DNA of 64,000 nt, from NCBI RefSeq assembly GCF_009914755.1, contig NC_060926.1; one strand, written 5' to 3'. Below the pieces are notes generated by a model. It saw nothing but the letters and a program-made list of their open reading frames with translations. It was not told the DNA's origin and made no database searches. Numbering within the stretch: position 1 is the first letter of the stretch; each line of letters starts with the position of its first letter. Positions 1 through 15,987 of the stretch are shown here, in pieces. This stretch comes from the human T2T-CHM13v2.0 reference genome, Homo sapiens. A program made the position numbers and the translations under genes.

Positions 1-17
1 CCTATTAGAGTCTTTAG

Positions 18-501
<484 letters not shown>

Positions 502-535
502 CTTGAGTGGCTTTTTTAGAAAGCTACTAAATGTC

Positions 536-843
<308 letters not shown>

Positions 844-1400
844 GTCTTCTCTTAAACCCTCCTTTGTTGCCTATTCTAGCATCTTCAAATCTTGCTCTAT
901 AGTTTGTATACTTTCTTGCTTTTGGTGTTGTAACTGATGAATTTGCTTGGATTAATTTTTGCAATCCTCTTCCTGAAAGAAAAAAATAAAAATCTTATTT
1001 TTATTGACCCATTTTGTCAGTTTCTTAAGCATTTGAGCCCTGATATTTGTTAATACAAAATTGGATAGGAAAAACTTTACAGTCTCTCTTCCCTTATGGA
1101 GAAAAGAAAATGCTTAATTTACATGATTATAAAGATTCTAGTGGTGTTAAGTTTGAATATTATCATGGTATTACAAAAGATACTATTACTGAGTCTCTTT
1201 AGGCTATGTTTAAATTCATTTCAGTATTGATTTATTATGATTTTATGACTTCTCTTTCACACTTACTTGCTTCTCCATGGTGTACAGACTTTCACCTCAG
1301 AATTTTTCATTTTATGTTCTTTTCAACATAAAGACAAAATAAATTTTCTGGGCTAACATGTACAGTATACGTAGTTTGACTTTAAAATATAAAAGTCATT

Positions 1401-1699
<299 letters not shown>

Positions 1700-2061
1700 T
1701 AAAAGTAATTAATAAATGTCAGTCATAAAATTTTTGTAATAATCAGATTAAGTTGTTTGAAATGTCACTTAGGAAACAATTTTTCTTGAGAATTTCAATA
1801 ATCAATTTCCTGCCTTCCTCTCACAGAATATTTTGTTAGCATTGCATAGCATAATTAAAATTACTTTTAATGCACTATGACTTTTGGCTCACTGAAATTT
1901 TCCTACAATTTGAGAAAATATTTTTATCAGCAAATCTTAGACAGTTTTATTACAAATTCTTGTTTTGTTTTAAAATACTAACAAACATAAAAAAAAAAGC
2001 CTCATGCTAAGTACTACTACTACTATAGTGGTTTTGTATTTTGAGTCAGAGTTTTATTTTA

Positions 2062-2374
<313 letters not shown>

Positions 2375-2385
2375 GTACCATTGTT

Positions 2386-2530
2386 GTCCAGGCATGGTGG
2401 CTCACACCTGTAATCCCAGCACTTTGGGAGGCCGAGGCAGGTGGATCATTGAGGTCAGAAGTTCAAGACCGTGCCGCTGCACTACAGCCTGGGCAACAGA
2501 GTGAAACTGTGTCTCAAAAAAAAATAAAAA
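2386..2530 (+). mobile_element. Internally deleted Alu (left-arm/right-arm hybrid monomer)
   Basis: Left arm up to ...gttcaagacc is joined directly to right-arm gtgccgctgcactacagcc, followed by an A tail. Confidence 0.85.
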
Positions 2531-2910
2531 TGAAAGCACCATTGTTTTCAAATTAAAATTTGAAATAATAAAAGCTAGAAAAACTTGATATATCTATCAG
2601 CTTACCAGTATTATTATAGTGCTTTCACCTTGAAGATTCTTATGTTATTATTGATTGAAGTTACATTGAAAAAATAATCTCATTAAAAGCTCTAAAGATT
2701 TAAAGTCTTGTAGCATACAGAAACCTCCTCTTTGAAAACTTTGAGAAAACAAGTTCAGTGGCCTGTGAGTATATATACGACACAGGACAGAATGAATTAT
2801 CAGATCCCTGAGTGGTCTGTGCTTACGTAAATATCAAAGAACATTTCAAAAGTGAATCAATTTCCTGTTCTTTTTATTTTATTTTATTTTTTTAAATTTT
2901 ATTTTTCTGT

Positions 2911-2911
<1 letters not shown>

Positions 2912-2947
<36 letters not shown>

Positions 2948-3225
2948 AGAGTCTCGCTCTGTTGCCCAGACTATAGTTCAGTGGCGCAGTCTCAGCTCAC
3001 TGTAATCTCTGCCTCCTGGATTCAGGCGATTCTCCTGCCTCAGCCTCCTGAGTAGCTGGGATTGCAGGCCCCCGCCACCCCACCCGGCTAGTTTTTGTGT
3101 ATTAAGTAGAGACAGGGTTTCACCATGTTGGCCAGGCTGGTCTTGAACTCCTTGACCTCAAGTGATCTACCCACCTCGGCCTCCCAAAGAGTTGGGATTA
3201 CAGGTGCAAGAGACTATGCCCAGCC
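2912..3225 (-). mobile_element. Alu (AluSx-like)
   Basis: Long poly-T, reverse Alu dimer, TSD ttaaattttattttt. Confidence 0.95.
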
Positions 3226-3244
3226 TTAAATTTTATTTTTGAAT

Positions 3245-3389
3245 TGAGGTCATGCTCTGTCACCCAGGCTGGAGTGCAGTGGTACAATCATGGCTCACTG
3301 CAGCCTTGAACTCTTGGGTTCCAGCCATCCTTCCACTGCAACGTCCCTGGGAACTGGCACTACAGGTGCGCACCACCATAACCAGCCCA
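3245..3389 (-). mobile_element. Alu right monomer (FRAM/AluJ)
   Basis: Reverse right-arm sequence only. Confidence 0.85.
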
Positions 3390-3808
3390 TTTCATGTTCT
3401 TTTAAAAACAGAAATTTATTATGTATCGGTTTGTAATGGCAAGCTGGTAGACTACAATAAAAGAATATAATTTTGCACATCTAAGAAAACATTTTCAAAA
3501 TTGGCATATCATAATGTTAATACTGTTAGATACTGCAGAGGATCTCAAGAAACAGTAATGATCCAAAAATGCCATTTTTGGGAGTACCATTCCTGGAGAA
3601 ATTGACAGAGATTTTAGATATCACATCTTCTGAACATTAAGACTACTTAGCCCCTCTAAAATATATTATTGTTTTATTATTGCTTTGCTCTTTCTCAGCC
3701 CCATAGAGCTTATTAATTCAATAATGCATATATTTGAGAACACTAAACAATATTAGAAAATATCATATGGTATTCATGTGATTTAATTCATCTGCTATTA
3801 TTTTATAG

Positions 3809-4049
3809 AACCTATCACTGAAACAGCTTCACCTAGAAAAACAGAAGACTCTTTTTATAATAACAGCTATAATCCCTTTAAAGAGGTGCAGACTCCACAG
3901 TATTTGAACCCATTCGATGAGCCAGAAGCATTTGTGACCATAAAGGATTCTCCTCCCCAGTCTACAAAAAGAAAAAATATAAGACCTGTGGATATGAGCA
4001 AGTACCTCTATGCTGATAGTTCTAAAACTGAAGAAGAAGAATTGGATGA
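3809..4049 (+). CDS. EHBP1: Internal coding exon of EH domain-binding protein 1 (NPF-motif region)
   Basis: Acceptor ttattttatAG|3809, donor GA|GTAAGT at 4050. Open frame (E)PITETASPRKTEDSFYNNSYNPFKEVQTPQYLNPFDEPEAFVTIKDSPPQSTKRKNIRPVDMSKYLYADSSKTEEEELD(E) with two NPF motifs. Phase 1 in, phase 2 out, matching the next exon. Not in the supplied ORF track. Confidence 0.95.
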
Positions 4050-4639
4050 GTAAGTACATTTCATTTTGCTGTCATCACAAGTTAGTCTCTATGTTACCTA
4101 AAGAGATCCTTTTGTAATGTACCTTTAGATGGGTACAAATCATTAATGTACACTTTATAAGTCAGTATCTAACTCGTCCACTATCTGAGTGTTTATAGTC
4201 TTAAACCTTATTCTCCCACCCTCTTCCAGGTATGTGTGTGTGTACCCTAAACTAACAAGTGAGGAAGATATATTCCTAGAATCTCTGGTTGGAATTCCAA
4301 TTGTGTCTTCTCACAGAAACTATATTATAAATGGTATTTAGGTTTTTGGTTTTTTTTTCCATCAAACTCTGTAGACATTAAACTTCAGTTATCTTATAGG
4401 TCTGTTGGGGAGGAGAACAAAATAATCATTTGTGGTATTGATTTGATAAGAAGACTTGTTTAGATACCAAACAGTGAAATAATAATATTTCTAAATTAGG
4501 GATTATCACAAGCTCAGTATGAATAGACTGTGTAATTAGGGCTGCCATTTGCCCAAATCTGGAGTGGGGATAAAAAGGGGATGTGTTCATACTGTAATCT
4601 GGAGTTATACAGTTCATAGCCCATGTGGCTACAGACCAT

Positions 4640-6200
4640 GACATTAAGTGTGTTTTAAAAGCAGCAGCAAAACCTCCACTTCCAGTCATGATGGGATAAC
4701 ACAGACTGGATTTAGCCTCTTAAACAACTAAAAAATGGAATAAAATTATTATATGAAACAATAGGATTCAGACATTGGACACAAACAGCACAGGATAATG
4801 ATCCCTGAGAGAACAGAAACAAGACGAGCCCTACAATTATGTAACTTATTTGTGGGAGAGAGTTTCTAAATGCAGTTCAGAGAGAAAAAAACTCAGATCC
4901 CAGTAATCACCCTGAATTAAGGAGATAGAGTTTGGACTTGGGAGTACTGAGGTGACCAGAATTTGTAGAAGAGAAGAGGTACGGAATTTATACCTGTATG
5001 AGGAGCACTACTCTGTGAGATCTGTTTCAGAGATCTGTAGAAAGCCCCTCCTGAGTCTTTAGCTGAGTGTGGATCAGAGCTTGCGTGTGAGGAAATCACG
5101 AAGGACAAAGAAACAAACAGAATGATCCCTGGAGTTTGCCCCAGACCAAGAATAATTTGTGTTCCCACCAGCCAGAAAGAAAAGACTTCCTAACACATGG
5201 GACATTCAGTAGAGGCCTCAGAGAGGTATTGCATCAGTTGTGGGGCCAAATTGGCCCTAAACTGAAAGCTGTTCTAGGCCTACCTAACAAAGCTTAAAGG
5301 CAAGGCTCAAAAGAATCAAACTTATCTCAAGTAATTTAACTGCATCACACATGAAGCTCAAAACAGTTTTAATCAATACCAAAAACTCCAGCACACAAAA
5401 CATGAAATTCATACTGTATGACAGCCAATCAAACATTTATCAGGCATGTAAAGAAACAAGAAAATCTGACCTGACCCATAATGAGGAGAAAACATAATCA
5501 TTAGTATAGATGCAGAAATGGGACAGATGATGGAATTAAAAGATCAACCTGGTAAAATAACTTTTATAAATATATTCCAGATATCCAAGAAGGTAGAAGA
5601 AGACAGCATAGATGATATTAGAAAATTGAAATTGAATTTATAGAGATGAGATTTTTCATCTCATACAAAGTCAGGTGAAAAATAGACTGGATGAGGTTAA
5701 CCCCTTGTTAAATACTGCAAAAGGAAATACTAGTTAACCTAAAGACATAGCAATAGAATCCATCCAGATTAAAAGAGAGAAAGAAGAAAATAACAAAGGA
5801 TCAGTGAACTGTGGAACAACTTCAGTGGCCTAACGTGTGTAAAGAAGTGAAGAGAAGGTAAGAGGACAGAAAAAGTATTTGAAGAAGTAAACACCAAAAG
5901 TTTTAGAAATAAAAAAATTTAAAAATATAAACAAACCTACAGGTCAAAGAAGCCAAATGAAACTCAAGCACAAGAAAAATGAAGAAAGTCATAGCAAAGC
6001 TTGTTAACAAAAACAACTCAAGCCAGAAGACAATGAGGTGATATTCTTAAAGGACTGAAGGAAAAGTATAACAACAAAAACCTGTCAACATAATTTTCTA
6101 TTCCCAGCACTCCAAAAAAGCAAAATGATACTACTTGAAAATTTGGATTTACACGAAGGAAAAAAGCACATGAAATGACAAATATATTAGTATATATAAA
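4640..6200 (+). mobile_element. Old L1M 5'UTR/ORF1-type fragment
   Basis: A-rich decayed ORF1-like sequence (gacatagcaatagaa..., aaaagtatttgaagaa..., aagccagaagacaatg). Confidence 0.6.
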
Positions 6201-7170
6201 ATACTTGTCTTATTTTTAAAAATCTCTCTGGTAGATAATTGTTTAAGGCTTCAATAATGTATTCTGGGTTTTATAACATATAGAAGTAAAACGTTATGAT
6301 GGTTGTGTAAAGGCTGAGTAGCAGAATGAAAGGATACTGTTTTAAGCTTCTTATACATAATGTTACTTGAAGACACTTTTTTCAGAGTTGACAATTGTTT
6401 ATATAGAAAAGCATAAGGAATCTTTAAAATGGGTACTAAAACTAAAAAGTAAATTTAGCAAGGTTACAGGCTACAATATTAATATATAAATTCAATTGTG
6501 TTTCTCTGTAGTCACAATGAACAATCAGAAATCAATATTGAAAAAAATACCATTTATAGAAGCATCCAAAACAAAAAACTCAGGGATAAATTTGAACAAA
6601 GATGTGCAATATGTATATACCGAAAACAACAGAACGTTGCTGAGAGAAATTAAAGAGTGAAATCAATGGGAAAAAATACAATGGCCATGGATTCAAAGAT
6701 ATAAGTTATTTTCAGTCAATTTATAAATTCAGTGCCATCCCAATCAAAATTTTAGCATGCTTTTTAAAAAAATAATTTGTCAGCTGTTTATAAAATGTAT
6801 GTGGAAATGAAAGGGACTTAGAATAATCAAAACAACTTTGAAAAAGAGCAAAATTTGAGGATTTATACTATCTGATTTTAAAACTCATTAACCAAGACAG
6901 TGTGGTATTAGTTTACTAATAGACTGTAGGTGACTGGAAGAGAGCCTGGAATTAGATTCATACATATATTGCCAATTTATTTTTGACAAAGCTAGCAAAG
7001 AAAATCAATTAGGAAATGATAATCTTTTCAAGAAATGATGCTAGAACAATTAAATGTCCATATGCCCCTCCTCAACAAAAAAAAAGCTACAATTCTTACC
7101 TTCCACTGTATAAAACATTTATCTAAAAATAGATCACACAACTAAAAGTAAGAATAAAAACTGAAGATTC

Positions 7171-7465
<295 letters not shown>

Positions 7466-7744
7466 AAAAACTGAAGATTCTAGAAGAGGACATAGGAAAA
7501 AGTCTTAGTGACTTTGTATTTGGGAGATTTCTTAAGTAGAATGCAACAAAACACAAAGGATAAAACAAAAAATGGTTAATTTGTACTTCATCAATATTAA
7601 AACGTTTTTCTCTTTATAAAACTCTTACAAAAATGAAAAAGCAAGCCACAGTTTGGCAGAAATGATTTGCAATACCTGCATCTGGCAAAAGACGTATCCA
7701 GAATATGTAAAGAACTCTTTTAACTCAGTAATAAAAAAAGGGGA

Positions 7745-8062
7745 GGCCAGGTGCAGTGGTTCATGCCTGTAATCTCAGCTACTCAGGAGGCTGTGGTTGG
7801 AGGATCTCTTGAGCCCAGAAGTTGGAGACCAACCTGAGCAGCATAACAAGAGTCTATCTCTTAAAAAAAAAATTTTTTTTTAATTAGCTGGGTGTGATAG
7901 TGCACACCTGTGGTCCCAGCTACTCAGGAGGCTGATATGGGCTGATCACTTGAGCCCAGGGTTTCAAGGCTGCAGTGAGCTATGATCACTCCATTGCACT
8001 CCAGCCTGGGCAACGCTGTGAGACCTCGTCTCTAAAAAATAATAAATTTAAAAATTTATTAA
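7745..8062 (+). mobile_element. AluJ inside L1M
   Basis: Diverged dimer with J-type gagcccag motifs. Confidence 0.9.
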
Positions 8063-9345
8063 AAGAAAGGGGGAAATATTCCAACAGACATTTCACAAAT
8101 GAAAATATTGTATAGGAATGGAGAGATGCTCAGCTTCATTAGTCATCAAGAAAATGCAAATTGATACCACAATAAGATATCACTACACACCTACCCAAAT
8201 GACTAAAATTTACAAGACTGACTATACCAAGTATTGTCAAGGATGTGGGGCCACCGGAACTCCACAGAACTCTCAGAGTACTTCTGAATGGTTCAACCAT
8301 TTTAGAAAAAAGTTTGGCAGTCTCTGAAAAAGTTAAACATACATGTATCACTTGACCCAGACATTCCATTTCTACGTTTCAAGAGAAGTGAAAGCATATG
8401 TCCACAAAGACTTCTACATAAATATTTTAACAACTTTATTGATTATAATAACAAAATGGGAACAATTCAAATATCTATCAACAGACAAATGGATAAACAA
8501 ACTGTGGCATATCCATACAATGCAGTACTACTCAGTAATAAAGAGGAACAAACTGTTGGTAAATTGCAAGATCATTATACTGAGTGAAAGAAGACAGACC
8601 AGAAAATACTATACTGTGTGATACCATTTATTTTAAACTCTAGAATATGCAAACAATCTATAGTGAGAAAAAACAGATCAGTAGTTGTTTACAATCAGAG
8701 CTGGAGGGAGGAAGAGATTAAAAAGGGGCATGCAGGAAACTTTTGGAGGGACTGGAAATGTTTGGAAATGTTTGTTATCTTGATTTGTGCTGATGGTTTC
8801 ACACTTGCATGCATGCATAAAAAATACTCATTAAATATTTTCAAATGTAAGCCATGTATTGTTTATCATTTATACCTAAATAAAGCTGTTTTAAAAAGAA
8901 CAGCAATCTTTAACTTTAATAGCAGAAATATTATATCACGTGAGTGATATCCAGCTTGGAATTCTTGGGCCTTTAGGTCTATTTGATGTAAATAACTGGT
9001 GTGTGACGGGAGAGATCTTTAAAATATTTAATAATAAGTAATATAATTATATGATCACTTGTGAGACTATATGAGTCTTTGCTTTCTTTGGAAATACATA
9101 AACTTTTGTGTATTAACATTATTTAGAACTTGGGAAAAATAGTTATTTCTTTAAAAATGCAGGTTGAAAGGAAAATATTTCAAAACACTCTATATGTGGG
9201 TTGAGAGGGGAATAATAATAAGGCTCCTTTGATTCATGAAAGTTTGGGGTAATAGCTTTGTGCAAAAGGAGAAATGTTATCTCTCTATTGTGCATTGGTT
9301 AGCTCTTATTTTAAGCACTATTTGACTACTAGTTGTTGTATTTTA

Positions 9346-9920
<575 letters not shown>

Positions 9921-11669
9921 TCATCTTTTCCACATTTTATAGCATGTGCTGCATGCTTCCTGGGTATGGCTAGGTTTTGATAAAACCTAAAAAAGTTCTA
10001 ATCTCCAAAAATCTCAGAGTTACATCATAATAATCATCTGATTCTAAACCCAAACCCAGGTTGACATCTTATTTCTAATTAATAACTATATGGGGGGTTG
10101 AAAAGTTGGCCGAACACTTGGTAAAGTTATTGTGTTTGTTTTCTTTGAAATAGCTAACATGTGATTGAAATAAAATTTCTCATGGGTGGTGTAGGTGCTG
10201 AGTAATAGCCACACACCTAGAATATTTGAATGTAAATGCAAACTTTAAGTACAGGCATTCAGGTATTCCAAGATACATGAGTATTACACAACACACTCAC
10301 ACCTGCTCTCTTATTAACAAATTAAAGAGACATCTAATGTTTGCTTAAACTTTTTAAATGCCTTAATAAAAACTAAAATCAGAATCATTGGGTGTTTCCT
10401 TTTGGCCATTCTTTTTCCACATGAAAGTCACAGTCTTTACAAGTTTCTCGTGAATAAAGAGTGTTCTAACTTGCTCAATCATCTGGGGTTACCAGAGGGA
10501 GCCTGTAAATACTCTAGCTTCTTTATTTTGTAGAAATATACACACAAGTTCTAAAGATTGCGCATAAGCTAATGTGCAAGTCCAGAAAGAACTCTGTTTG
10601 TATTAATTACTTGTTTAGTATTTATCATCTTTTCTCTACAAAAGTTTATAGGTTCAATGTCAGTAGCAGAAATCTTCCAAAATTTGTTCTTACTTCAATA
10701 ATAAACTTATGACCTTTCATCAAGCAAAAAGCCTATGTGACTCACCTTCCATTACCAAACTTCCTGTATACTCTGACATTAAACTATCACAAATAAATAG
10801 TACTGAATCCTTTGATGTGTGGAACTACCTTTAGTGCCCCAGCATATCCATAAGCACAAAGAGAAAGTATTCACCCTTCCTTGCCTTTTAGGACGTGTCC
10901 TTTACACTTAGCAACTGCATGGGTTTCTCAGTTACTTATGTTTGGGGGATAATTCAACTCTTCTAGTTTATGTAGTAAAAATGAAAACCAATAAGCCAAT
11001 ATTATTTTTTCAGAACTTTTATGAAGTGACTTTTGAGGCCCAGCATGCAGTCATTTCTCGTATGGTTTTGTGTCAGTTTGCCAAGGAAACCTTTCATTGA
11101 ATTTTATTCAGGGAAGCTACATGCCCATTTTAATAACTTTGAATTTGTTTTTCCAAAGAAACATAGATATCAAGGTGAGAGGAAGAGACTATTCCTTAGC
11201 TTCATTTTGTATTATTTTTCCAGTATGTTTAAATTAATCCTGAACCAACTTTGGTTTTTCTCTCTATAATTCATTTTTCTTGATGAATTATTTTCTAAAC
11301 AATAAATAATGTCATTTAAAATTATTCTGTCCAATTTTCTCCTAATATAACCGATGAATTTTCAACTTACTGAGTTAGTGATATAACTAATTTATTACTC
11401 AAATATACAATACCAAGATAAAAATAATTGTCTTTTAGAGTGATGCATAAAGTTCTGAAATAGATTTTTCAAATCATAGATGATCAACAGAATGTGAAAA
11501 TAGTCTCAATTCTGTAAATATTTTTTATTTGCTTACATTTATTTATATTTAAAATATATTAATCAGCAAGTATGTAACTTGTCATTGTAGAGAAAGGGAT
11601 AAGTGTTCACACAATACTATCTCTGTACAGCCACTATTCCTGTTCATTTTTTATAGCACTTAAAAAAAT

Positions 11670-11920
11670 TGATATATGCTTCACATAACATGAAATTATA
11701 CACTTTAAAATTTACATGTCAGTGATTTTTAGTATGTTCACTATATTGTTCTACCATTACCACTATCTAATACCAGGATGTTTTCATTACCACAAAAAGA
11801 AACCTCATACCTATTAACATTTAGTCCCAATTCCCCCACTTCCTTCATTCTCTGGCTACAACTAATCTACTTTCTGTTTCTGTGAATTTGACTATTCTGG
11901 ACATTTCACCTAAATGGAAA
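11670..11920 (-). mobile_element. L1M (L1MB/ME-like) 3' end fragment
   Basis: Typical antisense L1M 3'UTR phrases (actaatctactttctgtttctgtgaatttgactattctggacatttca). Confidence 0.7.
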
Positions 11921-12199
11921 CATTTCCTGTTCATTCTTGAAAAGTAGGGAATTGAATTTAAGTTAGGGATCTCTGATCTAGAAGGGAAAAGGACCATTCA
12001 AAACTTTTATAAGTAGAGGCTTCTTGTCCTTATTCTGATTTAGTGCCTAACCAGTAGTGGTGCCAGCACACTGTTGTCTCAGAGGTGAATTACAAGTGTG
12101 TGGAGATATTAATTTTCTTAGTCCTAAAGTACTTGGCAAATGCAAGTGTTAAACGCTCTGAAGAGAGGCACTCTTAACTTAGACTACACAGGAATTCCT

Positions 12200-13000
12200 C
12201 AGGTGAAACCCTGAACTCACAATATAGAATTACAAAACACACAAGGAAACAGTTTACTAAGAGAAAGAGTCAGGAGACAAAAGAAATAGGATTATACATG
12301 CAAGAACTTCAAATACTAGATTTGACAGATAGAGACTATAAAATAAGTATGTTTAAATGATTAGTAACTCAAATCTTTGTAACTGAGGTACCATACACAC
12401 AGATATATGAAGAAATGTACTTATTAAAATTAAAAATTCCTGGAGAATTAAATATTAGACACAAAGAAAAAATGAACTGGATCAGAGATGTGAGAGAGTT
12501 ATCTAGAATATAGCACAAGAAGAATAAAGATTTATAAAAATGGAAAGGCTAGGAAACCTGACAGGAAGTTGTTCAACATATATCTAATAAGATATTTCAA
12601 AGAGAATAGAGAAAATACAGAAGAGGCTATCAAAGAGATAAAGGCAGATAATTTTTCAGAACCGATAAAACACATGACTCTTCAGACTCAGGAAATACAA
12701 GGAGTCTGAAACAGAATAAATCCACACCTAGACATGTCATGGGTGTCAAAATTGCTCAAACTAGAAATAAAGAGAAGATCTTAACAACTACATAGAAAAG
12801 ATGACTTACAAAGGAGCAATATTAGGCTGACAGTGGATTAATATCTTCAAACCCTGAAACAGAATAACTGACAACTAGAATTCTCTACCCAGCTAAACTA
12901 TCACTTAAATGTAAGGCTGAAATAAAGACATTTTCAAAGCCTAGGAGAATTTACTATAAGCAGAATCTTGCTGAATGAACTGCTAAAACATGTTCCGTAA
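12200..13000 (+). mobile_element. Old L1M/HAL1-like ORF1 fragment
   Basis: Decayed ORF1-like sequence (aaatccacacctagacat, tagaattctctacccagctaaacta). Confidence 0.65.
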
Positions 13001-13423
13001 TGAGGGAAGAATTTAACATAGAAGAAAAGATGAAATACAAGAAAACGTAACAGAGCTCGAGCTTAAAAAAGAAATCAAATTGACATTTTTTACATCTTAC
13101 TTCCTTTTCCTTGGATATGGAAAATATACACGATTTACTATTGTTAATATTTAACATTTTTCTAAGCTTCTATATATAATAGTTTGAGCTGAATGTGACC
13201 TTGTATTAAATATTTTAAGTACTTTTTAAAACCAAATTAAAAAATAAATCTGGATAGAAATGGACCAAAAGATTAATAGTCATTATTTCCAAATTCCAGG
13301 TTATCACTGGTTTGGGTTTTATTTGAAAAAAGAAATTTTAGTTTTCAGTGCATGTTTTATTATTTTACTTGTAAATGAACTATTTTTTGAGAGACATCTA
13401 ACAATAATTCTTCTTTCACTTAG

Positions 13424-13610
13424 ATCAAATCCTTTTTATGAACCTAAATCAACTCCTCCTCCAAATAATTTGGTAAATCCTGTTCAAGAACTAGAAACTG
13501 AAAGGCGAGTGAAAAGAAAGGCCCCGGCTCCACCAGTCCTCTCACCAAAAACAGGAGTATTAAATGAAAACACAGTTTCTGCAGGAAAAGATCTCTCTAC
13601 TTCTCCTAAG
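13424..13610 (+). CDS. EHBP1: Internal coding exon of EH domain-binding protein 1
   Basis: Acceptor ttctttcacttAG|13424, donor AAG|GTAGGA at 13611. The split codon GA|A joins it to the previous exon. Encodes SNPFYEPKSTPPPNNLVNPVQELETERRVKRKAPAPPVLSPKTGVLNENTVSAGKDLSTSPK, which I recognise as EHBP1 just before the CH domain. Confidence 0.95.
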
Positions 13611-13919
13611 GTAGGATTTTATTCATAGTAAAACATGTATTAATATTTGCTGTTTTCTCCCCGTGCCATTTAATTTAAATTAAGAAAAGTAATTTTTGGC
13701 TATTTTTGATGATTTAAAAATAATATCCAAGACAATCTATTGTACTGCAACACTGCATTTATGTTTGTGAGCCCATAAGTTTACAGTACAGTATGGATTG
13801 GATGGCTTGGGTTAAGATTGTTTTTAAAATGCTATTTTGAAATGAGAGGAAGAAAGGTCTTATAATTGTAAGATTGGTGCTTTAAAGAAAGGATACTCTA
13901 TAACTATAGGAGAGCTTCA

Positions 13920-14300
13920 GCAGACAGGCCCCTGCTGATGGACACCCACCCACCGCCTCCCCACACCACTTTGATGGCATGCATGTGCACACAGACCTCA
14001 CCACCCTGTTGTCATTGATGGGCTTGTGCACAGACCTCATGACTACCACCCTGACCCTACCCTGCCCCCTCCAGTGCACACATGTGTGCACCCTGCCACC
14101 CCGCCATTGCTGGTGTAAGCATATGCACACAGACCCTGCCACCCTGCCCCTGCCAGCATGTAGGCACTGCTGCCCCATCCCTGCTGGTGTATGTGCACCC
14201 CACCTCATTGCCGCCACCAGTGCAAGTGCACATGCACAGTCCCCACTGCCCCATCAGTATGGGCATGAACCTCACTGCTGCCACCCCGATGAAATGCTTT
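13920..14300 (+). repeat. Degenerate tandem subunits in the L1 5'UTR (tgcacacagacc...ccaccc)
   Basis: The motif recurs at ~13986, 14026 and 14125, with further degenerate copies. Confidence 0.7.
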
Positions 14301-15624
14301 TGCCAGCACCCCACATCAGAGTGATCTTGCCAGCAGACTGGGAACATCTCAGGCCCTCGAGCACAGCAGGTGCTTAAATTTGAGGTCCCAGATAACAAAG
14401 CCGTGGGTCTGGTACCAGGCCCTGTGGGTTAGAGCATGCAGCCCACGAGTGCTGAGAGAGCCTTGGCCCCCTGAAATAATCCAAAAACAAAGCCAGTCAT
14501 CTGAACACAACTTATACCATAGTCAAACCTTCAATGGCATCAAATAATGTAAAAGTAAAAAACTGCATCCAAAGGACAGCAGCTTCAAAGATTAAAGGAA
14601 CATCAGCCCACACAGATGAGAAAAAGCCAGTGCAAGAACAATGGCAACTCAAAAACCCAGTGTCTTCTTACCTCAAAACAATCACACTGGCTCCCCAGCA
14701 ATGATACTTAACCAGGCCAAAATGGCTAAAATGACAGACATAGAATTCAGAATCTGGATAGCCATAGAGATCATCAAGATTCAGGAGAAAGTTGAAATGT
14801 AATCCAAGGAATCCAGTAAAATGAGACAAGAGCTGAAAAATGAAATAGTCATTTTATGAAAGAACCAAAATTATCTGATAGAGCTGAAAAACTCACTAGA
14901 AGGATTTCATAATACAATGGGAAGTATTAACAGCAGAATAGACCAAGCTGAGGAAAGAATCTCAGAGCTTGGAGACCAATTCTTCTAAACAGCTCAGTCA
15001 GACAAAAATACAGAAAAAAAAAGAATGAACTAACAAATCCCCTAAGACATATGAGATTATATAAAGAAACCAAACCTACTACTCATTGGCATCCCTGAAA
15101 CAGAGGGAGAGAGAGCAAGCAACTTGGAAAACATATTCAAGGATATTGTCCATGAAAATTTCCCCATCCTTGCTAGAGAGGTCAACATTCAAATGCAGGA
15201 AATTCAAAGAACCCCTGTGAGATTCCATATAAGATGACCATCCCTAAGTCATATGGTCATCAGATTCTCCCAGATCAAAGTGAAAGAAAAAATAGTAAAG
15301 GCAGAGAGAAAGGGCATGTCACCTTTACAGGAACTCCACCAGGCTAACCACAGACCTTTCAACAGAAACCCTACAAGCCAGAAGAGATTGGGAGCCTATA
15401 TTCAGCATTCATAAAGAAAAGAAATTCCAACCAAGAATTTTTGTATCCAGCCAAACTAAACTTCGTAAGATAAGAAGAAATAAATTTCTTTTCAGAAAAG
15501 CAAATGCTAAGGGAATTTGTTATCACCAGACCTGCCTTACAGGAGGTCCTTAAGGGAGTGCTAAACATAGAAACCAAAGATAATTATTGGCCACCACAAA
15601 AACACAGTTAAATACATAGACCAT

Positions 15625-15987
15625 TGTATTAGTCTGTTCTCACATTGCTATAAAGAACTACTCAAGACTGGGTAATTTATTTTAAAAGGAGGTTAAATTG
15701 ACTCACAGTTCTGCAGGCTGTATAGGAGACATGGCTAGGGAGGCCTCGGGAAACTTAAAATCATGGCAGAAGGCAAAGGGAAAGCCAGCACATCTTACAT
15801 GGTGGGAGCAGAAGGAATACACAAATTCAAACAACCAGATCTCATGAGAACTCACTCAGTATCATAAGAACAGCAAGGGGGAAACCTGCCCCATGATCCA
15901 GTCACATCTCACCAGGTCCCTCCTCCAACATTGGGAATTACGATTCGACATAAGATTTGGGTGGAGATACAGAGACAAACCATATCA
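15625..15987 (-). mobile_element. MaLR solo LTR (MSTA-like) inserted near the L1 ORF1/ORF2 junction
   Basis: TG...CA termini (tgtattagtc...aaaccatatca) and an exact 5-bp TSD ACCAT. Confidence 0.92.

Noticed and set aside
13260-13628. 122-aa ORF as a standalone gene
   Set aside because: Only 13424-13610 is the EHBP1 exon; the rest is intron that happens to be open in frame.
13882-14398. Overlapping Cys/His/Pro-rich ORFs
   Set aside because: They come from the repetitive L1 5'UTR.
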